Notes under the pieces: generated by a model
Told to the model about the DNA's origin: nothing
Database searches by the model: none
The model's input: only the letters and a program-made list of their open reading frames with translations
Shown here: positions 55,676 to 63,663 of the stretch, piece by piece
Layout of the letters: the number at the start of each line of letters is the position of its first letter
Numbering within the stretch: position 1 is the first letter of the stretch
Translations under genes and position numbers: made by a program
Sequence record: NC_070958.1
DNA: 64,000 nt
Reading direction: 5' to 3' (one strand)

Positions 55676-56281
55676 ATGTTTAACCGTAAAGAAACCGCTG
55701 AAAAGATCATGGAGCGTCTTCGTTTGATCGTCGTTCCTGGTGGAGATATCTACGTGTACCCTGAAGAGATCGCCTACAAAGTAGGCTCTCATTTCTGTGG
55801 GAAGACCATCACCACCTTCTATTCGAGCGGGAAGGGTTTTCTTGAGTTACGGAAGAGAGTGCTCGAGTTAGCTAATATCGCGGAACAGCCACTGAAGGCT
55901 GTTCCCGTAATTCGGCTACTCGCTCTCAATGAAAAACACAAGGTTGTTTCCAATCCAATCGTCATTCATGATGCCGACACCCCGGAACAACTGTTCGACA
56001 GTTCTATCGCCGTGGCCTGTGCCGAAGCCAGGAAGTATGTTAATGCCAGGGGTGTGTTCGGACGAGTCTTCTTTGAAGAAGTAGAAGACTCGCTTTCCCT
56101 CTTCGCATTGAGCATGGTTCAACGGCGTGTTCCAGGGTTCTCGGTAGGACCCCGTCCCACCAACCCCGGTAAGTCGGTCACTCAGGCCGAGGTAATGTTC
56201 GCCATCGAAAAACTGAAACAGAAGGATGGTCGTGTATCTGCCAACCTTCTTCTCAATCACTTGTTTGGAGTACAGAAATGA
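55676..56281 (+). CDS. Hypothetical protein
   Basis: AAGGAG RBS. Confidence 0.75.
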   Translation: MFNRKETAEKIMERLRLIVVPGGDIYVYPEEIAYKVGSHFCGKTITTFYSSGKGFLELRKRVLELANIAEQPLKAVPVIRLLALNEKHKVVSNPIVIHDADTPEQLFDSSIAVACAEARKYVNARGVFGRVFFEEVEDSLSLFALSMVQRRVPGFSVGPRPTNPGKSVTQAEVMFAIEKLKQKDGRVSANLLLNHLFGVQK

Positions 56282-57345
56282 GTAACGATAACTACATGCA
56301 GGCTCTCAAGCATGCTTTCGAAGTGACCAAAGAGGAACAGGCTGGGAAAGCCACCACCCCTATCTGCCCCACCGGTCATGAATCCTTCATTAACAAACTG
56401 AAGGACGCCCACGCACCGACTCACCCTAGTTACTTCGACGACCTGGATAAGAAAGGTAAAGAAGGTTACATTCCTCCCGCTGGATGTGCGTTTCCTCACT
56501 CGGCACCACACATCCGTCGTTCTGTCAACGGTCTCGATGAATTTCTTTCTGGTCTGGAACAGGAGGAGTCCGAAACACTGCGTGTTGGGTGCCCGGTGGA
56601 TTTCGATGAGGAAGATGCTTTCGACATCGAACTCGACGAGACACCGGAAGAAATGCTGGCCAGGATGGAAGCTCGCGAGAAACGTTGGGATCCCACTCCC
56701 ATTCCCCGAGCGTTGTATGACATCGAACAACTGGTGGAACCGCTCCTGGGTCGTTTACTCGGCGCTGCACGGCACCAACGTGACACCCAGATCGACATGG
56801 GCACTGCGGTATCTCCCGATCCCGCATTCAGTGGTGAACTGGAAGGGTTCCAGGTGGTCATCACTCCGCGACCTTTGACACGCTACATTCAGATCCAGGT
56901 TGGACGCTGCGGCTTCATCAACCATCTGATGGAACCTGGCTGGGAGTTCGGTAGTTTCACTGAAGAAGAGTTGAAAGATACCACTCTCTATCAGTGTCAA
57001 CTCAATCTCTTGAAGAAGCTGTTGGTGGATATGCATTACGGCCTGTCCATCTACCAGCACATCAAGATGGAGGTGTTGGGTCCGATTCTCGAGAAACGTG
57101 ATCACTACGAGATGAAGAAGATTCTTCCTCCCTCTGTTGATTACCGGTTCAAGGGTAACAAAGGTTGCTTCTTCATGTTTAATGGTGAAGAAGTGTTTTA
57201 CAAAGATCGTTCCGTCCATGCCAGGGAGCAGAAAGTGAAGGAGTACGCAAAACTCCATTCTCTGCTGAAAACCGCCATGTTGAAAACGTCGTACATTCCG
57301 CCTTTCATGGTGGATTACAACAGTCCCAAAGTCTTCCGTTATTAA
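56278..57345 (+). CDS. Hypothetical protein
   Basis: ATGA-coupled; GGAG RBS; 355 aa. Confidence 0.8.
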   Translation: MSNDNYMQALKHAFEVTKEEQAGKATTPICPTGHESFINKLKDAHAPTHPSYFDDLDKKGKEGYIPPAGCAFPHSAPHIRRSVNGLDEFLSGLEQEESETLRVGCPVDFDEEDAFDIELDETPEEMLARMEAREKRWDPTPIPRALYDIEQLVEPLLGRLLGAARHQRDTQIDMGTAVSPDPAFSGELEGFQVVITPRPLTRYIQIQVGRCGFINHLMEPGWEFGSFTEEELKDTTLYQCQLNLLKKLLVDMHYGLSIYQHIKMEVLGPILEKRDHYEMKKILPPSVDYRFKGNKGCFFMFNGEEVFYKDRSVHAREQKVKEYAKLHSLLKTAMLKTSYIPPFMVDYNSPKVFRY

Positions 57346-57354
57346 GGAACCATT

Positions 57355-58029
57355 ATGTCTAACCGTTATCAGTTCGCAACCCTTTCCTCCAAAAGCAAAT
57401 TCCTGGGTGTCGTGATGTCTCTTGGCGAACTTGCCTTGGTACAGGAAGTCGCTCTCACTGCTAAAAGTCCCGCCGAAACCGGTTACGACCGTCTTGGGTT
57501 CATCAAGACTCGTTACCCCGAAGTACAGGTGATTGAGGGTGAAGGTAAAGAGACTGTCATCATCGACATCGCCAACGACGAAGTCATGGCCAAGTTCTCT
57601 GACCTCAACTCCGACTTTGGTGGTTTCTTCGGAATCACCAATATCGAGCTGTTCACTGATCGTCTTCGGAACATGGACCGGACCAAATCCAAGGCATCAA
57701 CCGTCGCTGCCAACGAAATGGTCTTCCACGGCAAGTTCAAGCCCTTCCGTAACGCCGCACCATCTGCACCCCATGATGATGGGCTCCGGATATTCAAGGA
57801 GATGAACGCACATCTGGGTCCGAAAATCCAATTCGGTGTTTATGCCTACGACATGCCTGGTTTCAAAGAACCCGTAATGTTCTACGTCGGTTCCAAACAG
57901 GCTCGTCTGAAAGGACACCTGAATATGGCGCAGTGGCGCGATGTCACTGATGAAGAAGGTCTGAAGCTGTTCAACACTCTTCGGACTCCCCTGGCCAGTA
58001 TCGGTCGTACAGCAATGGTGAAGTCGTAA
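57355..58029 (+). CDS. Hypothetical protein
   Basis: AAGGA RBS; 224 aa. Confidence 0.8.
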   Translation: MSNRYQFATLSSKSKFLGVVMSLGELALVQEVALTAKSPAETGYDRLGFIKTRYPEVQVIEGEGKETVIIDIANDEVMAKFSDLNSDFGGFFGITNIELFTDRLRNMDRTKSKASTVAANEMVFHGKFKPFRNAAPSAPHDDGLRIFKEMNAHLGPKIQFGVYAYDMPGFKEPVMFYVGSKQARLKGHLNMAQWRDVTDEEGLKLFNTLRTPLASIGRTAMVKS

Positions 58030-58439
58030 TGAGCTTCGAACGTTCCAAGGATCATGTCCAGGTTTCCTCTATTGGACATGTTAACTTTGGACGTGCGTAC
58101 ATTACGGAAATGGTTCGTAAGAGTATGAAGGTAGGGCTGCTCTATGCAGCCCTTGATAGCATCACACCTAAACGAGTCGATCCGTATTTCGACATGTCCA
58201 AGTTAACCGGTATCCCAGGTCGACTCTGGGAAAGCTACATTCAGAAACAATATCCCTTCTCTTTCTTCGGTAAGGAGTACACCGGACAAAAGGAGTGTGG
58301 GATAACCATCTTGTCCGATGGTGCAATCCGGTACCATGAAACATTCCTGGATAATGAATTAAGCGTTATCCTGAATGGTTCTGTCACCAAACCCAAGGCA
58401 GAACGTATTCTGTTTTACACTGGCGTAAGGAGTGAATAG
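58029..58439 (+). CDS. Hypothetical protein
   Basis: TAATG coupling. Confidence 0.75.
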   Translation: MSFERSKDHVQVSSIGHVNFGRAYITEMVRKSMKVGLLYAALDSITPKRVDPYFDMSKLTGIPGRLWESYIQKQYPFSFFGKEYTGQKECGITILSDGAIRYHETFLDNELSVILNGSVTKPKAERILFYTGVRSE

Positions 58440-58939
58440 TGAAACTACACGAACTGTATCGCAATACCGTTCAGAAATCCAACAGCACTGGTGGCGGTCC
58501 ACTGATGTTGTTCTCCGGGGTGATGAAGAATGGACCCGAGTCCAAATCCAAACTCCCCGGTAAAGTCTTCGGGATCTGTTGCCAGCAGTATGGTGACGAC
58601 GATACCCTGGAAGAAGAATCTGACCTGGCAGCGATCGAGATCGACTCTCCTGTAGCGATCATCCTGGAAGAAAGCCTGATCGTGGATGACTTCGGGGACG
58701 TTCTGAAACTGTTGAGCGAAATCGACAGTGAAGATGCACTCCGGATCGGTTCCGATATCAACAGCGTCCTGGACGTAACCCACACCATGTACCGGTCCAG
58801 TGAGGGTCGTCAGAATGCTCACGTTGGTATCTGGTTGACCAAACTGAGTAAGACCAAACTCCCTGGTGAGTTCGTCACTTGCTCTGGCTCCAGCGAAGAA
58901 GAAGATTTCTTCTACGACGTAACCGACTGTATCAACTAA
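58439..58939 (+). CDS. Acidic hypothetical protein
   Basis: AAGGAG RBS with GTG start; followed by a terminator. Confidence 0.75.
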   Translation: MKLHELYRNTVQKSNSTGGGPLMLFSGVMKNGPESKSKLPGKVFGICCQQYGDDDTLEEESDLAAIEIDSPVAIILEESLIVDDFGDVLKLLSEIDSEDALRIGSDINSVLDVTHTMYRSSEGRQNAHVGIWLTKLSKTKLPGEFVTCSGSSEEEDFFYDVTDCIN

Positions 58940-58942
58940 GTG

Positions 58943-58972
58943 AAGCTCTGGGGTCTTCGGATCCCAGGGCTT
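58943..58972 (+). terminator. Intrinsic terminator
   Basis: AAGCTCTGGGGTC-TTCG-GATCCCAGGGCTT. Confidence 0.8.
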
Positions 58973-58994
58973 TAAGACCCATATCTTTTTAATT

Positions 58995-59012
58995 AGATAT
59001 CATTAACGTGTA
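58995..59012 (+). promoter_or_regulatory. Putative phage promoter motif, copy 9
   Basis: AGATATCATT-aacg-TGTA. Confidence 0.7.
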
Positions 59013-59049
59013 GCAACCAGTTATTACATTTAACTAAAGGAAAGACACT

Positions 59050-59790
59050 ATGAAAAAGATTATTATCGCCACACTGTTCTTCGTCCCGTTCTTCGGTAAT
59101 GCAGCTTCCTTTGACTGTCGCAAAGCGACCACTGTCATCGAGAAGACGATCTGCGAGGACGAAGTTGTCAGCAAGCTGGATGAAGAAGTCGCAAAAGTCT
59201 ACAAGGCGGTTCGTCAGGCTAATCCTGGTGATCAAGACATCATCAACCAACAACGTGACTGGATCAAGTCCCGCAACAAAGCCACCAGTGTTGTGGAACT
59301 GGAAGAGAAACACAGGGACCGCCTGGACGTTCTCAACATCATGCTGAAAGCCTCCAACGAACCCCAGGCTATGAAGCGTGACAACGCCGGTCCTGTTGCT
59401 ATGAAGCGTGGCGATGCTCCTGTGAAAACTCAGGAACAGAAAACCAAGCCGGTTAAGAAAGGCACCATTGCCGAATTGGATGACATGGCCAAGCAGGTTA
59501 GTGAGACTGGCTACTACGTTGACCCTAAAGGTATGAAGTTCGATGGTCGCACTCTGGGTGCAGGCATCAATGGTTTCCCTGGCTGGTGTGCTCAGCGTGT
59601 TAACCGCGTCACCGACACCCTGGTACTGCAAATGGTGAAGACCGATGAAGAACGTGCGGCATTCGTCAAACACAGTTCCATGTTCCGCATCGTAATGGGC
59701 AACATGATGTTGGAAAGCGCCAAGATGACTACCGAGAAAATGGGTGTTCCTTTTGACGCCAACAACTTCTGTTTCAATCTGGACGTATAA
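59050..59790 (+). CDS. Exported LprI/DUF1311-like (lysozyme-inhibitor-like) protein
   Basis: Signal peptide then AASFDCRKATTVIEKTIC...SKLDEEVAKVY...QQRDWIKSRN, the characteristic N-terminal LprI-family pattern. Confidence 0.75.
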   Translation: MKKIIIATLFFVPFFGNAASFDCRKATTVIEKTICEDEVVSKLDEEVAKVYKAVRQANPGDQDIINQQRDWIKSRNKATSVVELEEKHRDRLDVLNIMLKASNEPQAMKRDNAGPVAMKRGDAPVKTQEQKTKPVKKGTIAELDDMAKQVSETGYYVDPKGMKFDGRTLGAGINGFPGWCAQRVNRVTDTLVLQMVKTDEERAAFVKHSSMFRIVMGNMMLESAKMTTEKMGVPFDANNFCFNLDV

Positions 59791-59799
59791 GGAAAGATC

Positions 59800-60189
59800 A
59801 TGAAAAAGATTATTCTTGCGTTGTTCTTTACTTCTTTCTTCGCTGTGGCTGATACCGGTGTCAGTAAGGAAGAGGTTGAAGAGCTGATCGAAGTTGCTTC
59901 CGGTCACGTAACCGAAATCGATATCAACGGTTTCGCCGTCTCCGGGACTTCTATCAATACCACATCCAACAAAGAGTTGCGTAACTGTGCCCAAGCTTTG
60001 GGTTCGCAGTTGATCGCCGACGTCTACCTCAAGCCAGCCCACGAGTATGGGCTTTACGCGGAGCTGACCAACGTCCGTGATGGAGCCAACACCGTTGGTG
60101 CAAATATGGTGATCAATCAGCTCCTGGGGATCTCTGGGTCTGATGAAGTCGCTCTCACTATCTGCAACAAACTTCGGAGCAACATGTAA
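59800..60189 (+). CDS. Exported hypothetical protein
   Basis: Signal peptide MKKIILALFFTSFFAVA; one Cys pair. Confidence 0.75.
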   Translation: MKKIILALFFTSFFAVADTGVSKEEVEELIEVASGHVTEIDINGFAVSGTSINTTSNKELRNCAQALGSQLIADVYLKPAHEYGLYAELTNVRDGANTVGANMVINQLLGISGSDEVALTICNKLRSNM

Positions 60190-60668
60190 TGTTCAAGTAT
60201 CTGTTTGGTAAAATGCGTCTGGTTGACGATCAGGGTGAATCCATGAAGGACGATGTCTTGATGGTCACCAGACGTTGCGACTCCTTCCAACATCGCGAAA
60301 TGGCGCAGAGTGGTAAACTCATTCCTTTCGCCGGTGGGTTCTGTGGTAGCGCCTTGAAACCCGACAACTACTTCCCTGGTCAGTTCAACGGCGAGTCCAT
60401 CTCTTGCCGGGTCAAGACTGATTCCTTTACGGCTGAAGAAGTCAAGAGTGAACTGGAAGAGCACGACATTTATATGTCCGGGCTTTCACCGTGGGAAACT
60501 CATGGTAAGAAGGATAAACTCTATCTGACGGCCATCTTTGTTCCGAAGGGAACCCGGCCCGATAAACCCAGGAATCCTGAGATCAAAGGACCGGACTGGG
60601 TTCTGAAAACTCCGGAAGAATTCTGTTCAGAAATGAAAGAAATCTTCGACGATCCGTATTACTTCTAA
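60189..60668 (+). CDS. Hypothetical protein
   Basis: TAATG coupling; GGAG RBS. Confidence 0.75.
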   Translation: MFKYLFGKMRLVDDQGESMKDDVLMVTRRCDSFQHREMAQSGKLIPFAGGFCGSALKPDNYFPGQFNGESISCRVKTDSFTAEEVKSELEEHDIYMSGLSPWETHGKKDKLYLTAIFVPKGTRPDKPRNPEIKGPDWVLKTPEEFCSEMKEIFDDPYYF

Positions 60669-60677
60669 GGAGCGACC

Positions 60678-60899
60678 ATGCCCATTGTGGAAATCTTTCT
60701 TGGTTTGTTGGCTTTACTGTACCTGTTTATAGGTTGGGAGATTTTCGCACCTATGGGTTGGTACTTCGGTGAGCCGTTCAAACGGACCTGGTATAACAAC
60801 GTGTTATACTTTATCGCATTCCCCACTGCTGTCGTGATGTGGTTGCCGATTCTCGCAGTCATTGTCATTGGTGGGGTGACGTTTAACCGCAAACCGTAA
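60678..60899 (+). CDS. Small two-TM membrane protein
   Basis: AAGGAG RBS; two hydrophobic segments. Confidence 0.7.
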   Translation: MPIVEIFLGLLALLYLFIGWEIFAPMGWYFGEPFKRTWYNNVLYFIAFPTAVVMWLPILAVIVIGGVTFNRKP

Positions 60900-60903
60900 A
60901 TAA

Positions 60904-60935
60904 AGCTAGAGCTACCCGCTTGGGTAGCTCTAGCT
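60904..60935. terminator. Bidirectional intrinsic terminator
   Basis: AGCTAGAGCTACCC/GGGTAGCTCTAGCT 14-bp stem between convergent genes. Confidence 0.85.
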
Positions 60936-60945
60936 ATTACATTAA

Positions 60946-61584
60946 TTATTTTTTCGTTTTTGCCGCAATCACATGTTCGGCATAGAACACGGGAATAACG
61001 TAGTTCTGCATGGCGACACAGAGTGGTGTCACACTTCCTGAGCGCTTCGTAGAGGCGTTTATTGCATTATCTATGGAAACGGTCAGCTTGTCCCAATAAA
61101 GGTCGCCAAGGAGTCCCTGGACATCTTTAATCGACTTCTTACCTGAATTGAGAACAATTGCGTATTCTTTCTTATCGGTAAGATAAAAGATCCCAAAGGA
61201 AACAACCTTATCTTCGATCTTCACAATGAGATCGCTCTCTTTGATCTTGGTCGGAGCTATTTCAAAATCACGGAAGATGTCGAGCAGTGTTTGTTTCTCT
61301 ATCAGTGCGTCAGCATGGAAATACGGAGCACCGGCCCTTGTCAGGAAGCAGGCTCTCATGATTCCGTTCGCAAATGTCTTTACCGGTTCAATCTGTACGT
61401 TATCGGGAGTGATCCCTAAATAACGTTGCCGAGCCAAATCTATCTTCTTTTGGTCGCCTTCGAGATGTATTTCGTTCAGTCGCTTAGTGACGTAAGCTTT
61501 GATAGCGGAGAAGACTGGATCTTTGATGACCTTACTCCGCTCTATTTTATCAGTGATCATAACGTTCTCCTGTAACTGGATCAA
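60946..61584 (-). CDS. Stand-alone paralog of the tail-protein N-terminal domain
   Basis: DPVFSAIKAYVTKRL...ARQRYLGITPDNVQIEP aligns by eye with the N-termini of the three large - strand proteins. The start codon is uncertain (TTG 61584 or ATG 61563). Confidence 0.75.
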   Translation of the reverse strand: MIQLQENVMITDKIERSKVIKDPVFSAIKAYVTKRLNEIHLEGDQKKIDLARQRYLGITPDNVQIEPVKTFANGIMRACFLTRAGAPYFHADALIEKQTLLDIFRDFEIAPTKIKESDLIVKIEDKVVSFGIFYLTDKKEYAIVLNSGKKSIKDVQGLLGDLYWDKLTVSIDNAINASTKRSGSVTPLCVAMQNYVIPVFYAEHVIAAKTKK

Positions 61585-61660
61585 AAGATCCTTTTAGTAA
61601 AATACTAATCTTGTTATCTTAGGAGCGAATTCCGCTATTAATTTAAACTTGGAGTAAGGT

Positions 61661-62269
61661 ATGCAGATCAGAAAGCAATTTGATCCCAACAACCTTCCCG
61701 AAGATATCAACAGTATCTATGATCAGAGTCGCTACATTCCGAAACGTAGCGGTGGACCGAACACTCCTAACGAATGGTTTTGGAGTGATCTCCATATTGA
61801 CCATTTACCAGCGCTTAAGGCGCGTGGTTGGTTCGGTACTTTACAGGAGTATCAAGATTACGTTGCATTCATCTGGGACACCCACGTTAAAGATATTGAC
61901 ACCATTCACTTGGTAGGCGATATCGCATTAACATGGCAGGGGTTGCGTTGGATCAGCGAGAGGACTGGGAAGAAGATTCTCTATATGGGTAATCATGATA
62001 CAGAACGAGAGAACTGTATTCGTGACCTCCTCTCTGTTTACGATGACATCAGGGGGTTCTGGAAACACAAGAAAGGTTTCTATATTGGACATTGCCCAAG
62101 CCACCCTAGTGAGTTGCGTGGAAGAAGAATGATCCACGGCCATACCCACACTAAGGTAATACAAGATCAGCGCTTCATCAACGTTGCTATCGATCTTCTC
62201 CCTAACGGTCCTGTAAATATGAAGGACTTGGTGTCAGGAGATTACCGTAGTTATCGAGACCCGGTATAA
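61661..62269 (+). CDS. Calcineurin-like metallophosphoesterase
   Basis: WSDLH, VGD, GNHD, HCP and IHGHTH motifs plus INVAID. Confidence 0.9.
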   Translation: MQIRKQFDPNNLPEDINSIYDQSRYIPKRSGGPNTPNEWFWSDLHIDHLPALKARGWFGTLQEYQDYVAFIWDTHVKDIDTIHLVGDIALTWQGLRWISERTGKKILYMGNHDTERENCIRDLLSVYDDIRGFWKHKKGFYIGHCPSHPSELRGRRMIHGHTHTKVIQDQRFINVAIDLLPNGPVNMKDLVSGDYRSYRDPV

Positions 62270-62275
62270 ACTAAT

Positions 62276-62301
62276 CCATCACTGCCTTAGGGTGGTGATG
62301 G
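62276..62301 (+). terminator. Probable terminator hairpin
   Basis: CCATCACTGCC-TTAG-GGTGGTGATGG. Confidence 0.6.
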
Positions 62302-62325
62302 GTTGATCTCCATATCTTTTCAAGT

Positions 62326-62343
62326 AGATATTATCTAAGTGCA
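62326..62343 (+). promoter_or_regulatory. Putative phage promoter motif, copy 10
   Basis: AGATATTATC-taag-TGCA. Confidence 0.65.
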
Positions 62344-62373
62344 TTCATAACCAAAATTGCTAAGGAGCAATAA

Positions 62374-62847
62374 ATGAATCTCTTAAATAAAGCACTCGTC
62401 AAAATGTTCATGCTGGCAGGTTGCCGGAGTCGAATCTGTGGGAGGGATCGTCAAGTCTTCATTCTGAAGAAATGTGTAGTGAAGATACCAGTGATGTCCA
62501 ATGGCTGGTTTGAATTCGTCCGTGGTTATTATTCCAATCTCAAAGAGATGGATAGTATCCGAGGTTACGAAGGTAATTTCCAAGAACATCTTCCAGAAAT
62601 ACTGGGGAGTTATTTATTTGGGTTAGTCGTCGTTTACAAGAAATATCGTGAGATTATGGATGGTAAAGATGACAATGAAACCGGCGACTTTGCCGAGTAC
62701 ACTAGGTTCCTAGGTAAACTTGATGACATCCGGAGAAATGAGAAAAACTCAGAAAAATATATCTGGACTCAAGACACCAAGATCTTTAACTTTGCCTGGG
62801 ATAAATATGGCCGGGTGGTAGTCATCGATCTGGGTACACCTTATTAA
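62374..62847 (+). CDS. Minimal protein-kinase-like fold protein
   Basis: GRDRQV (P-loop-like), VVKIP (catalytic Lys), NLKE (helix C Glu), DTKIFNF (catalytic loop D..N) and VIDLG (DFG-like). Confidence 0.65.
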   Translation: MNLLNKALVKMFMLAGCRSRICGRDRQVFILKKCVVKIPVMSNGWFEFVRGYYSNLKEMDSIRGYEGNFQEHLPEILGSYLFGLVVVYKKYREIMDGKDDNETGDFAEYTRFLGKLDDIRRNEKNSEKYIWTQDTKIFNFAWDKYGRVVVIDLGTPY

Positions 62848-62857
62848 CAAAGAGGGA

Positions 62858-63262
62858 ATGATTATGTCTGAAGTAAACATGAGTGAACTTATGAAGAAAG
62901 TTCATGAGAAAGGAATGAAAGCGTTTGAGGAAATGGACCATAAGGAACGCTGGGCTTTCTGGACCGCAGTCTCCGTCCCACCTCTCCGTTTTGTTCTTCG
63001 TAACGCAATGTCTTGCGAAGATAAGAAGTTGCGGTATGACCATCGTGACATTTCGTTGGTGCTGGGTTACGTATTGGGAATGCACAAGGTCGCTCCCATC
63101 CGTGACCTCATGAACAGCCAATCCATTCGTCTGGCCATTGTTGTTCTCCTGGATGCAATGACTGGGATGAAAGAAATGGATGCAGTCATGGACGACATGG
63201 TCAATATCGCGGCCAAAACGATGAACACCATCGACAACAAGATACTCTACTATTACCAATAG
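62858..63262 (+). CDS. Hypothetical helical protein
   Basis: GAGGGA RBS. Confidence 0.7.
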   Translation: MIMSEVNMSELMKKVHEKGMKAFEEMDHKERWAFWTAVSVPPLRFVLRNAMSCEDKKLRYDHRDISLVLGYVLGMHKVAPIRDLMNSQSIRLAIVVLLDAMTGMKEMDAVMDDMVNIAAKTMNTIDNKILYYYQ

Positions 63263-63270
63263 GCGGGTGT

Positions 63271-63660
63271 ATGAAACCTGAAGTCATTGGAACAACTCGC
63301 CACGTAAGGTTATTCAAACATTTCGTGGTAAAGTTTCCTAGGATGACAACGTGGTTTGAGAAAGGCTTTAATCTAAGAGTCTTTCTCAATAACCTTTATC
63401 TCAATCGTAGAGAGCGCAGGTTGGCAAAGAAGTATAAGGGAGCCGAAGGTATTCCTCATATTTACTTTGCAGACCCATTCGGTTTTGTTGTTATAATGAA
63501 ACGTTACAACACTAATCTGAAGACTGAACAATTCTGCGCACTTTATAATTCACTACTCGACAGGACTGAAATAGATCCTGAATTTTGGGAAGATGATTCG
63601 AGTGTCCCCAACTTCGGTTTAACTGAGGACGGGAAACTTGTTAAAATTGATTTGGGGTAA
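63271..63660 (+). CDS. Minimal protein-kinase-like fold protein (paralog of 62374..62847)
   Basis: GTTRHV, VVKFP, NRRE, DSSVPNFG and KIDLG motifs. Confidence 0.65.
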   Translation: MKPEVIGTTRHVRLFKHFVVKFPRMTTWFEKGFNLRVFLNNLYLNRRERRLAKKYKGAEGIPHIYFADPFGFVVIMKRYNTNLKTEQFCALYNSLLDRTEIDPEFWEDDSSVPNFGLTEDGKLVKIDLG

Positions 63661-63663
63661 CTA

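Noticed and set aside
54103-55710. 535-aa antisense ORF over the CYTH-WYL gene
   Set aside because: Shadow ORF; the sense strand carries clear domain motifs.
58993-60042. 349-aa antisense ORF across two exported-protein genes
   Set aside because: Shadow ORF spanning two well-supported sense genes and their promoter.
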